A stretch of DNA of 64,000 bases, taken from NCBI GenBank assembly GCA_964016885.1, contig OZ024742.1:171554001-171618000 (forward strand), written 5' to 3'. Numbering within the stretch: the stretch's first letter is position 1; the number at the start of each line of letters is the position of its first letter. Positions 26,717 to 41,604 of the stretch are shown here, one piece after another. The stretch comes from Eledone cirrhosa. Taxonomy: Eukaryota. The position numbers were made by a program, and so were the translations under genes. Under the pieces are notes generated by a model. The model did not search any database and was not told the origin of the DNA. It saw nothing but the letters and a program-made list of their open reading frames with translations.

Positions 26717-26766
26717 CCATTCCGAGCTGAGGATCCGCTAGGGTGAAACAATTGTTCTCGGGATGG
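26717..26766 (+). ncRNA. Minimal type I hammerhead ribozyme in the PLE 3' UTR; predicted cleavage after 26756
   Basis: 10-bp stem I CCATTCCGAG/CTCGGGATGG, CTGAGGA 26727-26733, short stem II, GAAA 26745-26748, palindromic stem III CAATTG, then TT. Confidence 0.85.
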
Positions 26767-26892
26767 TGAACTAACTGTTGTGTAACCACTTCTATCTAAC
26801 TCGTCCCATGGTCTGAGTGCTCTACCACTACGGATATTACCTTCCAGTGTTCCACCACTATATATATATATGTATGTATATATATATATATT

Positions 26893-27080
<188 letters not shown>

Positions 27081-27514
27081 CAACGATGGAAATATTGAGG
27101 CCGTGTGCCGTATAAATATATATGAATGTGTGTGGGTTGGAGTGAGATATGAAGTAGGAGGAAACCAAATTTTATTTGCACTTTTATTTTCATTTGGCTG
27201 CGTCGTCGTTTTATAGTTTAAAACAAATATATACGACAGTGTCTGAAAGATGAAACGGAAGTTGTAGCAGAACAGCTATATGTTCATAATATTTTATTAT
27301 TCTACCGGTTTCAGCCGATCGACTGAACTTGTGCTACTGCCCTGCCTTCAAGGGATTCACTGAAGATATGTACCCAAGTAGTAATGTTTCATTACTGGCA
27401 CCTATGTAATGTATCTCATTGTTTCAAAACACCTCGTTACGAGGCATAATGACATCACCAATGTAAACATAGACACAGTCACACACACACATATATAAAT
27501 ATATATATATATAT

Positions 27515-28068
27515 ATAAAATCTTAAAAAAATAATGAATAAAACAATGAAACAGTTCCTTATATTAACAAAAAAAGTTCATTATTTAACGATCGTTTCTA
27601 GGATATATATGTGTTAGAATTGGCATGTATATTCAACAGATCTATGTACAAAATTATACAAAATTATACAAACTATCAAAATTAAATATACATACCAACA
27701 CACATATATGCCGTCTTCAGAATAATGATTTCTGAAGACGGCATATATGTGTGTTGGTATGTATATTTAATTTGATAGTTTGTATAATTTTGTATAATTT
27801 TGTACATAGATCTGTTGAATATACATGCCAATTCTAACACATATATATCCTAGAAACGATCGTTAAATAATGAACTTTTTTTGTTTAATATAAGGAACTG
27901 TTTCATTGTTTTATTCATTATTTTTTTAATATTTTATCTTGACTCTGTATTCCGTTTATCTTTCACCGAAAGTGATTTTTCATTGCATCTCTTCTTTCCA
28001 TGATATCCGGATTACATTGAGTTCTTCATACGGATTGGACACTACCGTAAACTCTTGGTAGATTTATC

Positions 28069-28071
<3 letters not shown>
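27515..28071. mobile_element. Fold-back PLE-terminus-like element with long-stem-II hammerhead in both arms (family C)
   Basis: 27515-27722 inverts 27730-27937; CTGAAGA 27732-27738, long hairpin, GAAA-CGATCG-TT 27853-27864; stem I TCATTATT/AATAATGA on the minus arm; (TA)n on both sides. Confidence 0.75.
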
Positions 28072-28105
<34 letters not shown>

Positions 28106-29281
28106 TCGGCATAGTAAACTAACTGTTGTGGAACTACTTCAAACAAATTAACAACATTTACACTCAAGCAAACGCGATGTCATAGTAGAAATTTTTGTTG
28201 TAACGAGCAGTGGAATCGAACTTAGAACTATGTGGTTGAATGGCGAAGTTCTTAACCATAGCGCCATGTCTACACTCATAGAAGAAATAAATGAGAATAT
28301 GCGGAAGACATACAACTGCCAAGTGGTGGTTCCCATGAAAATATCAAACTACATATTATCTCATTACTCTAGAATCGTCTTTACCTTTCATATATATGAA
28401 AGTAAAATACTTTGATGTTAAAGTTTGAAGTAAATTTAAAATCTGTTTTACATCATAGGTTTTTTTTTTATTACAAACAACATTAATTACATTAAATAAC
28501 GGCTTGATTTAGCGTCTGCGGTATGGATTCCTTGCTTCCTTTCATGTACATCTCACCAGCTTACTACAACCCATCTAAAAAAAAATAATGTTAACAAACA
28601 AAGAAAAATATTGCATGAATTCTATTGATCCTTGTGTAGAAAAAAATGAGAAATTTTTTTTTCTCTGTGTAACGTAATCCACCTTGCTAATTCTGTTAAT
28701 TCTCCATTTGATCCGTAGAAATTTGATGTTTATGTATTCCAAACATAAAAAATGTCAGATTTTATAACCATCAGAATATTAAGAACGAAGAAATATCAAA
28801 GGTATCTTTATATATTTTAATAACATTTTTATTTATTTTATTTTTTATTTTATTTAAATTTCATTAAATTTTTGACAAATTAAACAAAACATGTAGTGAA
28901 ATGTTTGTTCATTCACCGAATGTATCAAGGCTCCGGAATGATTTACATGTTGTCTAAAAGGTAATTCTTGTTCTAAAGAATAATTTTCTAATAAAATCTA
29001 ACATTTCAAAGAACCAATAAACATTCAAGTTTAAATAAACTTGCTGAAGGTATTTCGTCTTAATCTCATATTAACTGACAAAGACACAGACAGAGGAACA
29101 CCCCGACATTCTTTCTTTTCACACACATACACATACTCACACACACACACACATGTATATATATTATTAAGATTACTCTCTGCTGCAACTCTGAGTGCAA
29201 GAAGGCATAATATAAACACAATAGAATATATAGTATTCTCTCTTTTGGTATTGAGATCATATTTCTCGTGTATCCAAACAC

Positions 29282-29769
<488 letters not shown>

Positions 29770-30045
29770 GGACGTATATATATTTAAAAATGTGCGGCAA
29801 ACTTTGCAAATGAAGCAGTGTTATTAACATAGATTTGAATAGGGTTGTAAGTTGTGAACAGAAGCAATTTGGATCAATAGTTAAACACGGTTGTACTCAA
29901 TTTAATATGCGCAGTGCACGATTCCGTTGTAGAATATAGGGTGTTCAATTGTGAAATTATTGGACATGGGGTAGGAATTCTTTGAGCTAATCTTTCGGCT
30001 TGCTAGACTCGGAGTTCAAATCCTGCAGATGTCTAATTAGTAATT

Positions 30046-30222
30046 AATTGTTTCTACTTTTGGCACAAGGCCAGCAAATACACAGTACATTACTGGTACT
30101 TTATTTTATCGACCCCGTATGGATGAAAGGCAAAGTTAACCTCGGCGGGATTTGAACTCAGATCATAAAGGGACGTAACTATGCTGGACAGCATGTCCGA
30201 GCTTCTACCGATACTGCCAATT
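30046..30222 (-). mobile_element. SINE family 1
   Basis: Reverse complement of the consensus. Confidence 0.85.
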
Positions 30223-30419
30223 CAAATCCTAACCAGTCACATATTGAATGTTCGACTGTGTACAGTGTAGACGAGTCAGTCGAGAGTGTGTCTTGTCACG
30301 AATACATAGGCATTTAAAACAGCGAAAGTATACCACGTCATCCTCTATTGCAAGTGATGTCGGGATTTAGTTTATATATGAAGGCAAGCTATTCAAGAGG
30401 AGTTATTTGCTGTCATTGT

Positions 30420-30590
30420 TGTCATATTTCTTTTTAGGGCCATGTATCGTTTCTTGATTACGCGAAATTTAGCTGGAAAATCTACTCCACCCATCCCTTT
30501 TGCAATATATTGTTGTCATATTTCTTCTTTAGGGCCATATATCGTTTCTTGATTACACAAAATATAACTGGTAAAACTATCCCACCCGTT
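30420..30590. repeat. Diverged tandem duplication, period about 95 bp
   Basis: TGTCATATTTC..TTTAGGGCCAT.TATCGTTTCTTGATTAC occurs at about 30420 and 30514. Confidence 0.75.
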
Positions 30591-31641
30591 TTGCTTTAGG
30601 CAACAAAGTCTTAGTAACGTGATTTCAAAATGAAATAAATACAAATACATTTTACACAGTCCATTGTTTCTGTATAACTGGATGTAAAAAAAATAAAAAA
30701 AATTAAACTTCAATGAAAATAAATCTTTATAGAACAATTTCCTTGGTAGATATAACTCGAGCTGGCATTTCATTTTGCTATTATTTTTATATTCTTGAAA
30801 AGAAAAAAAAAGTATAATAAAACGAAAAGCAAAAATAAGTAATAATCATTTCTGCTCCCCTGAAATAATACTCTCTCTTTCTTCGTTTGTTATTTCCTTC
30901 AAAATAGTTTCAGATTTCTAAAAGAGATCCCTTCCCCGGTAGCTCAGAACTTCCTTTAAATTTATAACGTTAAAATATTCTCTTCCCAAGCTTCTCTCTA
31001 GGAATATTACGCTTCGTTTCCGTCTGTTAGCAGTTATGCGATGAAATCTCTTGTCAGTGCCAAAATCAGACGTTCGGTAATTCCTGCTCATGTTATTCTC
31101 TACTCTCGCTGTCAAAAGAACTTCCTATTCTCTTTACTGTCACCGCCAACTTTCATTAAATATTCGGGCAGATAACTCCGGATAAACTGTCACAAAATAC
31201 GTGACCTATTTTTTTAATTTTAATTTTGTTATAAGAACGTATAGGTGAAGGTTCATTCTATGCAATGTAATGTTTCATACTGTGATAATATGGTACAGTT
31301 TATTTAATATGTATCACTTTCTTTGAAAGCATTTATGATGCAATAAACTTTGTTTCAGTATACTCCACACAAGAGAAAATAATTCCATATTTAGAATGTA
31401 ACAATCTTGTTTTCAGTATCGTAATATTACACCATATCCTTTCTAAACCCTTCAGCCAGTTATATATATTTTTCACAAATCTTCGGATAGGTGAAGGGAT
31501 TTATGAACACACATGCATTCAGATTCAGTTCTGTTAACGTTCAGCAAGTGGTAACATTGAGCAAGTGCTTTTTATTATAACCTCGCGTTGACCAATTTAT
31601 AGTGGGTGAAATTTGGTATACACAAACTGAAAAAACCGGTC

Positions 31642-31675
<34 letters not shown>

Positions 31676-31991
31676 AATGTAACGTGCAGTCACTGTAAAG
31701 AGGTGAAGAACTAAGCAGTGTGTAATTATAATAATAAAAGGACCATTTGTTGTCTTCATTACGTTTATTGAGTAGTGACGTGTGTTCCTCTATTGATCAG
31801 TTCATGGTTCTATCTGTATCGATCTAGCCCGACTCTGGAATCAAAAGCTCGTCGAACCTCTGGTGTATATATATATAAATATATATACATACATATATAT
31901 ATATATATATGTAGTTGAAATGGACGAACAAAATACAGGAGGCACTTGTACTCACACAGACACACACATATATATATAGGTCAGTATCACA

Positions 31992-32040
31992 CCAGGCACG
32001 TACGTTTCGTTGACCGTTAACGAGCAACTTATTGAACCTG
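31992..32040 (-). ncRNA. Degenerate hammerhead-like fold between microsatellites
   Basis: Minus strand reads CAGG-TTCAATAA-GTTG..CAAC-GAAA-CGTACG-TG-CCTG; the stems fit but core 3-9 and position 17 are mutated. Confidence 0.45.
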
Positions 32041-33040
32041 TTGTGTGTGTGTGTGACGCTGTGACCGTATTTTCTTTAGCTGTAAGTTTATGTCTCGTAA
32101 CACAGTGGTTTGACAAAATTAGATCGATAAAATAAATACCAGACCTGAAAGTCATAAGAATTGAGATGAATATGATCTAGTAAATCTTATCATGGCTCTA
32201 CCCCGGCAGCCTAATGACGGGTAGCAGTAAAAGTAGGGGTGAATAGAAAGAAAGGAGTTATACGTGTGTTCGTTGTGGTTGTTTGCTGGAGTATCGTCTT
32301 TTATTATAAAAAACAAACAACCATAAATATAAAACTGATATGCCTACATGTTTGATCAAGTAGATGTTTCACTTACACAAGTATTTAGAAAAGAGCCGAG
32401 GATCTCAGAAAGGCTTTGAAATTATATTCTCGTTTGTGCATTGGTGAATTCTATATGTTTTGTTCACCAATCGTTATGCCTTCACCGACCTTCTGGGTAT
32501 TATCTGAGTTACTAATAAACATTATACTGGCATGGTCTCTTGAAAGGAATTTTCTATGATAACCCATGTATAATCCTATAATTACTGGGGAAAAATCAAT
32601 TTGTCTTTACTTCAAATACCATGCAGTATGCACACAAACGTCATACCGATTTCAAAGAGAAATATTTTACTCTTCTCCATGTAAAATTTATATAAAAAAT
32701 GAAATGAAAATGAGATAAAATGATATATCTAATTGTATATAAAAATGTGTTTATACTGCGTTGAACATTCACTCGAAAGAGTCTGATGGTTATATAGAAA
32801 GAAAGAGAACATCAATGGATTAGTTAATACAAGTTTTAAAGTTTCAGAAAATTGGTCTTCTGTCCAGTTATCGCTTTAATGTTTTGCTAAGAATCATGCT
32901 GGGAAAAGAAGAAAGATAGAATTTGGAAAAGTCATTGGTAACAATTGAGTGGGAAGGGGAGAATAGAAGTGAATAATGAGCTGAAAATGGTGGTACCATG
33001 AGGCGCTTTGTGGAGTTCAATGTGTTCTTCTGCTCTGAAT

Positions 33041-33115
33041 AGAAGAAGAAGAAGAAGAAGAAGAAGAAGAAGAAGAAGAAGAAGAAGAAGAAGAAGAAGA
33101 AGAAGAAGAAGAAGA
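33041..33115. repeat. (GAA)n microsatellite
   Basis: Direct reading; preceded by a segment of about 60 bp that also occurs at 35470-35530. Confidence 0.95.
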
Positions 33116-33241
33116 TCGTGGAGGAGTACGAGGAACATAAGAACAAGAGGAAGCAGGAGAAGAAAGCTATACCAATGTGTTTAACCAAGATGAGAAAGGA
33201 TATATAGAGAGAATAACAGAGAGAGGGAGAGAGAGAGAAAA

Positions 33242-33273
<32 letters not shown>

Positions 33274-34390
33274 CGAGAGAGAAATGGTAGTATACCATAG
33301 GTGAGTTTGGGTGTTTATCACGTTCTAAGCTAGACTTCAGGGAAAGTCATAACGTAAAACTAGTTTCGAACAGATAAGGAACTACCCTGGAATGTACTCT
33401 GACTGAGGGAACAAAATAAATATATATACATATCTTAATGAAAATGTTTCCAAAAATATTCTAACGAAAATTCATTATTGAAAACAACTATCCGAGTTTT
33501 ACTTTACGTAAAGACACGACCGCGCATGATCTTCATATAAACATTTATGATTATGAAAAACAAAAATATGAACCGTAGTCTCAAGAGGCAGATCTATGAA
33601 ATATCTATTTCTAAATTAGCTTCTGGGCCAAAAATATCTAGGGTGAGCAAAGTCGATTATAGAGACTTTAGTGGTACTTTATTTTATAGTCCCTGGGAAG
33701 GCAAAGATGAGCTTGGCTGTATTTAAACCCAGAACGTAAATTGCATTAAATAAATGTGGTTAAAGATTTTGTCTGGCACTAACAATTCTGCCAAGCCACC
33801 CCATTTAGTTTTCTGAAGTAATATAACAACCACGTAACACAAAGTTGCACCTAGTGCCACCGCCTTCTACTATAGCATCAGGTTGAGCAATGCATTGTAA
33901 GTGAAATTTATTAGAGGAAAACTGTACAGAAGACCATCTTTTATAAAGGTATATAATATGTCATATAACTTATCGGTGGAACAAAAACGTAATCGATAAA
34001 TTAATTATCAGACGTGAAAGAAACAAGTACTATGCTTGATATGATCGACTAAAGTATTTTCAAAGAAATGCCCTCGCATGGCCACAGTTTAATACCGGAA
34101 ACTAGTAAAATAATAAAATACTTCTTTGTTTTCTTACTTGAAGTAGTTATTGTCATTCGTGTCTGATAGTTATCTTACTAGAAGTTGACGTTGATAGACC
34201 ATGATTAGTAATGAAAACCGATTCAAACTAGATAGTTTTGTTTTTAAAATATTCATATTTCATTGTGGGAAATGTCATTGTCCCATTATCTTTCTCTCCT
34301 AGCAATTCTGCCAATCGAAATTAATAAAAACATAAAACTTATTCAATACACCTCTTGGCAGTACTCCAACCAATTCTCAAATACATGTCA

Positions 34391-35265
34391 CTATGTGAAT
34401 ATTTGGTCGGCTGTGCTGCCTCCAGGGCGAAAGCCACGATGTTCCTTAGCTAGCTTGAACTCAACAATTTTCCTATATCGTCTTACGAAACACTTAGGAA
34501 AGACTTTACCGGGGAGGCTTCTTAACAAGTAGACCCCTCCATAATTGGAGCAATCGGTCTTGTTTTGAAAAATAGGATTATCATTCCCGGTTGCCATTGC
34601 TTGGGTCCTTTTCCAGAGATCTAGGACAACTAGTGCACACGGATCAGCCTGAGATTACATTTTCTATCTAAGGCTTTTAACATCCCGGGTCTATTTTCAT
34701 ACTCCCCGGCAAATTTGCCACATTTGAACTCTTTAATTGGTCTTCAGCACTCAACATCCAAGTGTATGTATAGTCATTGCCCCCAGATGCACCTCGTGAA
34801 CATTAGTACATGCTGTTGTGATTGGCTTTAAGTGATCAGCAAAGTATTTTCTTCACTTCGAGAGGATGCAATTCTCTGAAGAGAGGAGGACCACAGACTC
34901 GTTCCTGGTTACGAAATCGGTGGATACACTGACAGAACACTATTTTCTGATCCAATGTAGGAATCTAGCTAAAGCCTAAATTTTCCCAATGTCTTGACTT
35001 TGAATGCATTTACTGTCTCTGCTGCTGATTTTCCCACCTGTTTATACGACTATACCTCAAGTACAAGAAGGAATACTTATTTCCAAGCAAAGGCTTGTAG
35101 GGGGCCATCCATCCGAATAAAGGAGGAATTTTTTTACAAGCCAAGGTTTGTAGGCCTCCTTCTTTATTTAGATGAATGACGTTTTAGGGGAGCTTCTGTG
35201 GAAGGTTGTGCAGGAGTATGAGATCGATGATCAGCTTCTTGTTGCCCTGATATCTCTATACGAGT
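34391..35265. mobile_element. RTE-type LINE RT fragment with internal inversion (34391-35150 minus; 35172-35265 plus)
   Basis: Minus: PIFQNKTDCSNYGGVYLLRSLPGKVF...HRGFRPGGSTADQIFT; plus: DVLGELLWKVVQEYEIDDQLLVALISLYE, the next RT segment. Confidence 0.75.
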
Positions 35266-35270
35266 ATGTA

Positions 35271-35716
<446 letters not shown>

Positions 35717-36084
35717 TTATTCAATAAATAAATTTATATTACCATGAAAGAATTTTAATTTTTAATAATTTTTATTTCCTTTTAGGCAAATTATCTAATG
35801 AAGCTATCTGATCTAGAAAGAAGAAAACCCCCCAAACCAAAAAAAACAAGGGAAAAAACAAAACCATAATGTGTCTTATACACCAAATGATCTATCGCTT
35901 AAACGAGTCTTTGAAACCTAGTTAAGCACTAAATCAATACACGGTTTTGCATTTCAGTAGAGCTATTTACAATAATATGTATTTTTTCTATATTTTTGAA
36001 TTGATTAATTTCAAAAATATTTTCTATAAAATACAATAAAAAATCTTCATGACGGTGGACAAATAAAAATAATGGAAATACATC

Positions 36085-36455
<371 letters not shown>

Positions 36456-37399
36456 GTGTGTGTATTTAAAAAATCTATGCAAAAGAGGAATAATTTTGCT
36501 GACATTTTAATATCGCAATAAATATATTGATCACTAGCGTTCAATTGTGAAATCAAAAATATCGACGTGATCATGTCTAAAAAACAAAACAAAACAACAA
36601 CAAAATAAATAAATACATAAAATCCTATAAATTGTATCAATTTTGGTTTATAGGGAAAGAAAAAAAATCGATAAGGGACAAATAAACATTAGTTATTCAT
36701 TGAAGTAGTTATTTAAAACATTAAATGATTTGAACAGCTAAAAATGCTTTCTCAAATCACTGCCGACTACGTTTGGTTATAACGCTCACGAATTGTCGCT
36801 TTATTAACGACGTTTCAGCGACGATATCATCTTACAAATGGACTGCTAGCTCTAGGAGTCAATTTACTATGCTAGAATTTTGGATAGCTGCAGGAACAGC
36901 AGTGGCGGCGAAGTTGTGTGTTTTGTTCTGACTGAAACTGATAGTCTATTGAATCTAGAATGTAGGTGAACTTACAGCTCAAATGGATGTGAACGTTTGA
37001 TATTTTAGTGCGGCAACTAACTAGCTAACTGTATAGCTTGCGAATTCTTTTAGTTAGTGTTTCTTTTTAGCGAGACAAAAGAAAACGTTTTAGGCTAATA
37101 GGATTATAGGCGCAAATATGACTATGTGGTTAAGAAGTGCGCTCCACAACCATGTGGTTTAAGGTTTATTATCTCTAAGTACCATTTTGGGTGAATATTT
37201 TCTACTATAATTTCAGGTTTACCAATGCCTTATGAGCAACATTTCGTAGATGGAAACATGTTTAGAAGAGCCTTGTATATGTGTGTGTGTGAGTGTGTTT
37301 GTCTGTCTTTGAGTACATCTGTGTATATATCTAAGTGTGCACACATATGTCTATACCCCACGCCTTTGCCTGTTTCCTCTAATGTAATAATTTGACTAA

Positions 37400-37765
37400 A
37401 ACCTTCAAGGCGATACTTCATCATAGTTGCAGTCTTATTACCGAAACCAGAATAAAATAATAAGGTGATGCCCCAGCATGGCATCAGGCGAATGACTGAA
37501 AACAGAATAGGACAATAAAGGAATAAATCAGTGTCCCGAGCATGACTATAATCTTAAGACTGAAACTAGAATAACAGGGTCATGTGGTGTCGTCTCAGTG
37601 TAGGTGTAGTGTAATGACTGAAACCAGAATAAAAGAATAAGGTGGGCTCTAGTATGGCATCAGTCAAATGACTGAAAGACACATAAAAGACTAAAGAAAA
37701 ATAGGCATAATCCCAGCGTGGCTGCAGTTTATTGACTGGAATTATCATAAAAAGAAGAAACAGAA
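37400..37765 (+). repeat. Degenerate tandem array (about 6 units of 55-65 bp) of a SINE-tail-like motif
   Basis: Recurrent AGCATGGC..CAG...AATGACTGAAAC.AGAATA; single copies near 21025 and 34070. Confidence 0.65.
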
Positions 37766-38233
37766 AAAAGACATCTAATATACATAGTTTTTCTGATGTT
37801 ATAAGTGAGAATCTTATACAAAAACACCGCAGCAAAGTTTGAACGAAAACAAGATGGAGGTCACGTGCCCCTATTTTTAAGGGCTTAACATTTGCTTCTT
37901 CACTCCCTTAGCAAAACTTAGCAAAACAAAAGGAATATTATGATAAGATGAGGAAGGAAGAAACGGTTAATATTTGGAATATAGTGTAATCATTCATATT
38001 ACATGTACATCAGCTTGTTTTTCTCTGAGAGAGGAAGGTAGAGCGGGAGAGAGGCAGGTAGGTAGGTAGTTAAGAACAAAGAGAACATAAGATGTAGTAT
38101 GATAGACTTAAACAGATAGAGATAGTGAGAGAGATAGGTTGGAAAGGGAAGGACAAAGATAAACAGGCAGAGAGAGAGAGAGTACCGAGAGAAGAGAGGG
38201 ACGCAAAAACATTAAGACATAGGAACCATTAAA

Positions 38234-38315
<82 letters not shown>

Positions 38316-41300
38316 CCGAGAGAGAGTTTAACAGAGACGGAGATAGATAAATATATAGATATAGAGAGGGAAAGAGAAAAAGACTAATAGATAAATAGTA
38401 ATATAGAAAGAGTAAGAAGCACATAGGTAAATAGAACAGTTTACTGGAGGAGCTTTTGTCCGCTTCAGTTATTCACTATTTGACTTGCAAATATTCTAAG
38501 TTATAACCCGCTTCTTATTTATTTTCTTTTGGTTTCAGGTTCCTTAACATGAATATTTCATTTCAGTTTGCCTGATTCACCAAATCGTGGAAAAACGTTC
38601 AAGTACAAATTCCTCTCTTTTCATGTTAAAACTCTAAACTATTTCGCTAGCTTTGCTTCGATTGTCTCGTTGAATTCTTTGTTCTCTCACTTTCCCACAT
38701 CACTCTCCATAATCTTTATAACGTCAAACACTTAGAAATCATTATGTGCCTTATCAGAAAGAATGTTTAATATGCTCTCATTTTGTATTCAAGACAGCAC
38801 GGTGGATTATAAGGAGCATTTGAGCGTTGGACATAATATCTTGCACCATATAATTTGAGTTCAAATCCTGCTGAGGGCAATTTTGCAATTTTATCCTTCC
38901 GGGATCGATAAAGAACGACTCGAGTACCTGAGATGTATATTCGACATCGCCATCTCTAAAACCTACTGTCCTTTTTAAATCAGAAACCATTATATATTTA
39001 AGCATGCTCTACTTCCTATTGGAAGTCAAATAAATTCTATCATCCTCAGGTTTAAGCATGAACAAGAGATTAGTTTAGTGCTTAAGCCGTTGCGTTCACA
39101 ATCGCAACCTCGTGAGTTTGATTTTCCAGACACGATGGTGTGTTGTATTCTTCAGCGGGACACTATTTTTCCAGCTCATTAAATCCCAAACAGGAAAACA
39201 TGAGTTGCGACGATTCTGCTGTATAGCTATATCGCTCTTTGCACTTCAATTGGACAACAACATATATATGATGTATATAACGTCTGTATATATTATATAA
39301 CGTATATATAGTGTATGTAGGATTTATAAAAATACCGGTGTCAGGCTGTATTGGATTTTGCCATTCTTTAGGACATATATATAGTGTATGTATCGTGTAT
39401 ATCTATGTCATGTGACAACACTCGTGCTTATCTGTATCAACATTTCTATTTCCTTTGGATGATATAGTTTACGGAAAGCATGCACAGACAAATGCTGGTT
39501 TTCTCCCAAAGCCTTTTTCAGCTTACGACTTAGACGGGATTTTTCCATGCATATTATGATCACGTGGGTGTGGAAGCAAGGATCAATGGTACTGACGAAA
39601 TTTCAGACATGTTTAAGTCGATTGATTGAGTCTTTGATTCGTTAGTCGACTTTCGTTTGTTACCCCTTCACAGATATCCGTCATTACACTTCAACAATGT
39701 CATGGCTCCAGCTTGAAGGGGTTTAGTCAATTATATTGACCCCCCAGCACATGTCTTTTTAAGTATATTACTTATCTTATCTGTTTGGGGATATTTAAAG
39801 GATAGGGTTTTTCTGTGTGACAGTGGCATCGAACCACAGACTACGCAGCACCTCCTGATATGGCCCCCTGCTGGAACACCCATGTACAACATTGGACGCG
39901 GCAGAGTTTAATGAGAAATGACAGTAATATGTTCAGCTGTGGCTGAACCACATCTAGTCAAGCTTTGTATCTGGCACTCTTGTGGACACGATAAGAGAGC
40001 GATCTAATCTATCTCTTATTTTTTTTATCTAAGTTAAGGAAAAAAATCATATACACATATATGCGTGCACAAACATACACACACATATATAATAACAAAT
40101 TTAACACACACGTACTTGCTCTCCAATTCACACGCCAGTCTATCTTTCTATATTTTCTTTTTTCTCGTTCTATCCTCTGATGAAAGATTAACATCCGAAC
40201 AGTTAAGATTCTTTTCCTACTATATCAAGTGTTAAAGTAATATATATGTTCATTCGACTGTATCGTGTTGCTGTGTTGTTTATTCGTTTGCTTTTCGGAG
40301 GAGTTTTTTAAAACTATATTTCATATGCAGAGTATTGTTCAACTCAGAGCTATAGTAGAAAGCAACAATAACAACAGTATATTATTGATATGAATAATCT
40401 AGAAAGCAAGAACTCCTATAGTAAAATGCGAAAGGAGGGACATTTTGTTATATAGGGAATTGTGTTAATTATTTGAAACTTTTTACGATACGACATCCAA
40501 TATCCTAGAATAGCAATTGTTTTAATTTGTGAATATGTTGCAAGTTAAGTGAGCTCTTTTCATCAATATGCAATACTTAGCTGTCTTTTATCGAAAAACA
40601 AAAAATAACATAAGGATGCTATATCTCTCTCGCTCTCTCGCTCTCTTACTCACTCATTCTCTCTCTCAATCTCACACACACACACTCTCTCTCTCCCTAT
40701 CTCTCTCTTCATCTCTATTTCATTCATTTCACATTTCCTCACTTTCCTCTTTCTTTTCCCATTCACTCTATCTAATACTCTCTTACATTTTGCCAATCTG
40801 TTTCTCTCACATCTTCTCTCTCTCTATCGCTCTCACTCTCTGTCTCTCTCTATATGTCTCTTTTCTCATCTGTCTGTCTCTATTTTTTGTGTTAAGTAAA
40901 GTTGATTACATGACCAAACCTATTGTGAGATTTCCACAATTAATTAGTTGATTACTTAAATGAAATCAGGTCTGAGGTTAATCGATAATTTTGACAAAAT
41001 CGATTTATCGAGTTCAGTGTTGTTTCATTTGATTGAATAAATATATAACCAATCCAAGATTAATTAATTGATTTACTTAATGAAATCAGTGTATCAAATT
41101 CACGTTTAATTGGCTAATTCAATCAAATCGGTATATATGATCTTACTTTGGTTAATCAATTATTCTCTACAATATTATATTACGAGAACAAGTAGGAGAA
41201 CAGAGCATAGATTCTTGCTGCTAATCAATGTTGGTAAAACAAAAGAAACGTATGCTATCGACTGCAGTAGACATATACAAGTGAATGCCTAATGCTAGAA

Positions 41301-41463
41301 TGCAGATTTCCTATTAAAGCAAATGCTAGTTCTTGCAATGAGATGTTTAGAAGTGAAATCTAAGTTTTACACACACACAAACACACACACACAAACACAC
41401 ACTCACAAACACTCATGTGCGTGTGCGTGAGAGAGTGAGAGATATATAGATAGAGAGAGAGAG

Positions 41464-41557
<94 letters not shown>

Positions 41558-41604
41558 CAACCGGTACTAGCAGGGAAACTTTATGCTAGTCTCGTTAAAC
41601 GGTT

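Larger units (their letters stand above)
24940..26858 (+). mobile_element. 5'-truncated Penelope-like retroelement, Naiad-type (RT + Zn-knuckle + GIY-YIG + HHR-bearing 3' UTR)
   Basis: Frameshifted ORF with FITLKDHK, CRLINPA, GSFGSADVCDLVG, GIYRDDGL, YIHKDSCHP, IWFSPPFSLNVKTN, YSCAKN, YVG, CDLCIDERITI, LNTRNE..RCPH; stop at 26558; ends in (TA)n. Confidence 0.9.

Noticed and set aside
36795-36830. Minus-strand GAAACGTCGTTA partial hammerhead
   Set aside because: The 5' core box is not recognisable; too degenerate to call.
37400-37765. CRISPR-like repeat-spacer array
   Set aside because: Units are degenerate over their whole length with no unique spacers; eukaryotic context and no cas genes.
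37850-37870. CAAGATGG / CACGTG promoter-like motifs
   Set aside because: Short motifs expected by chance, with no associated gene.
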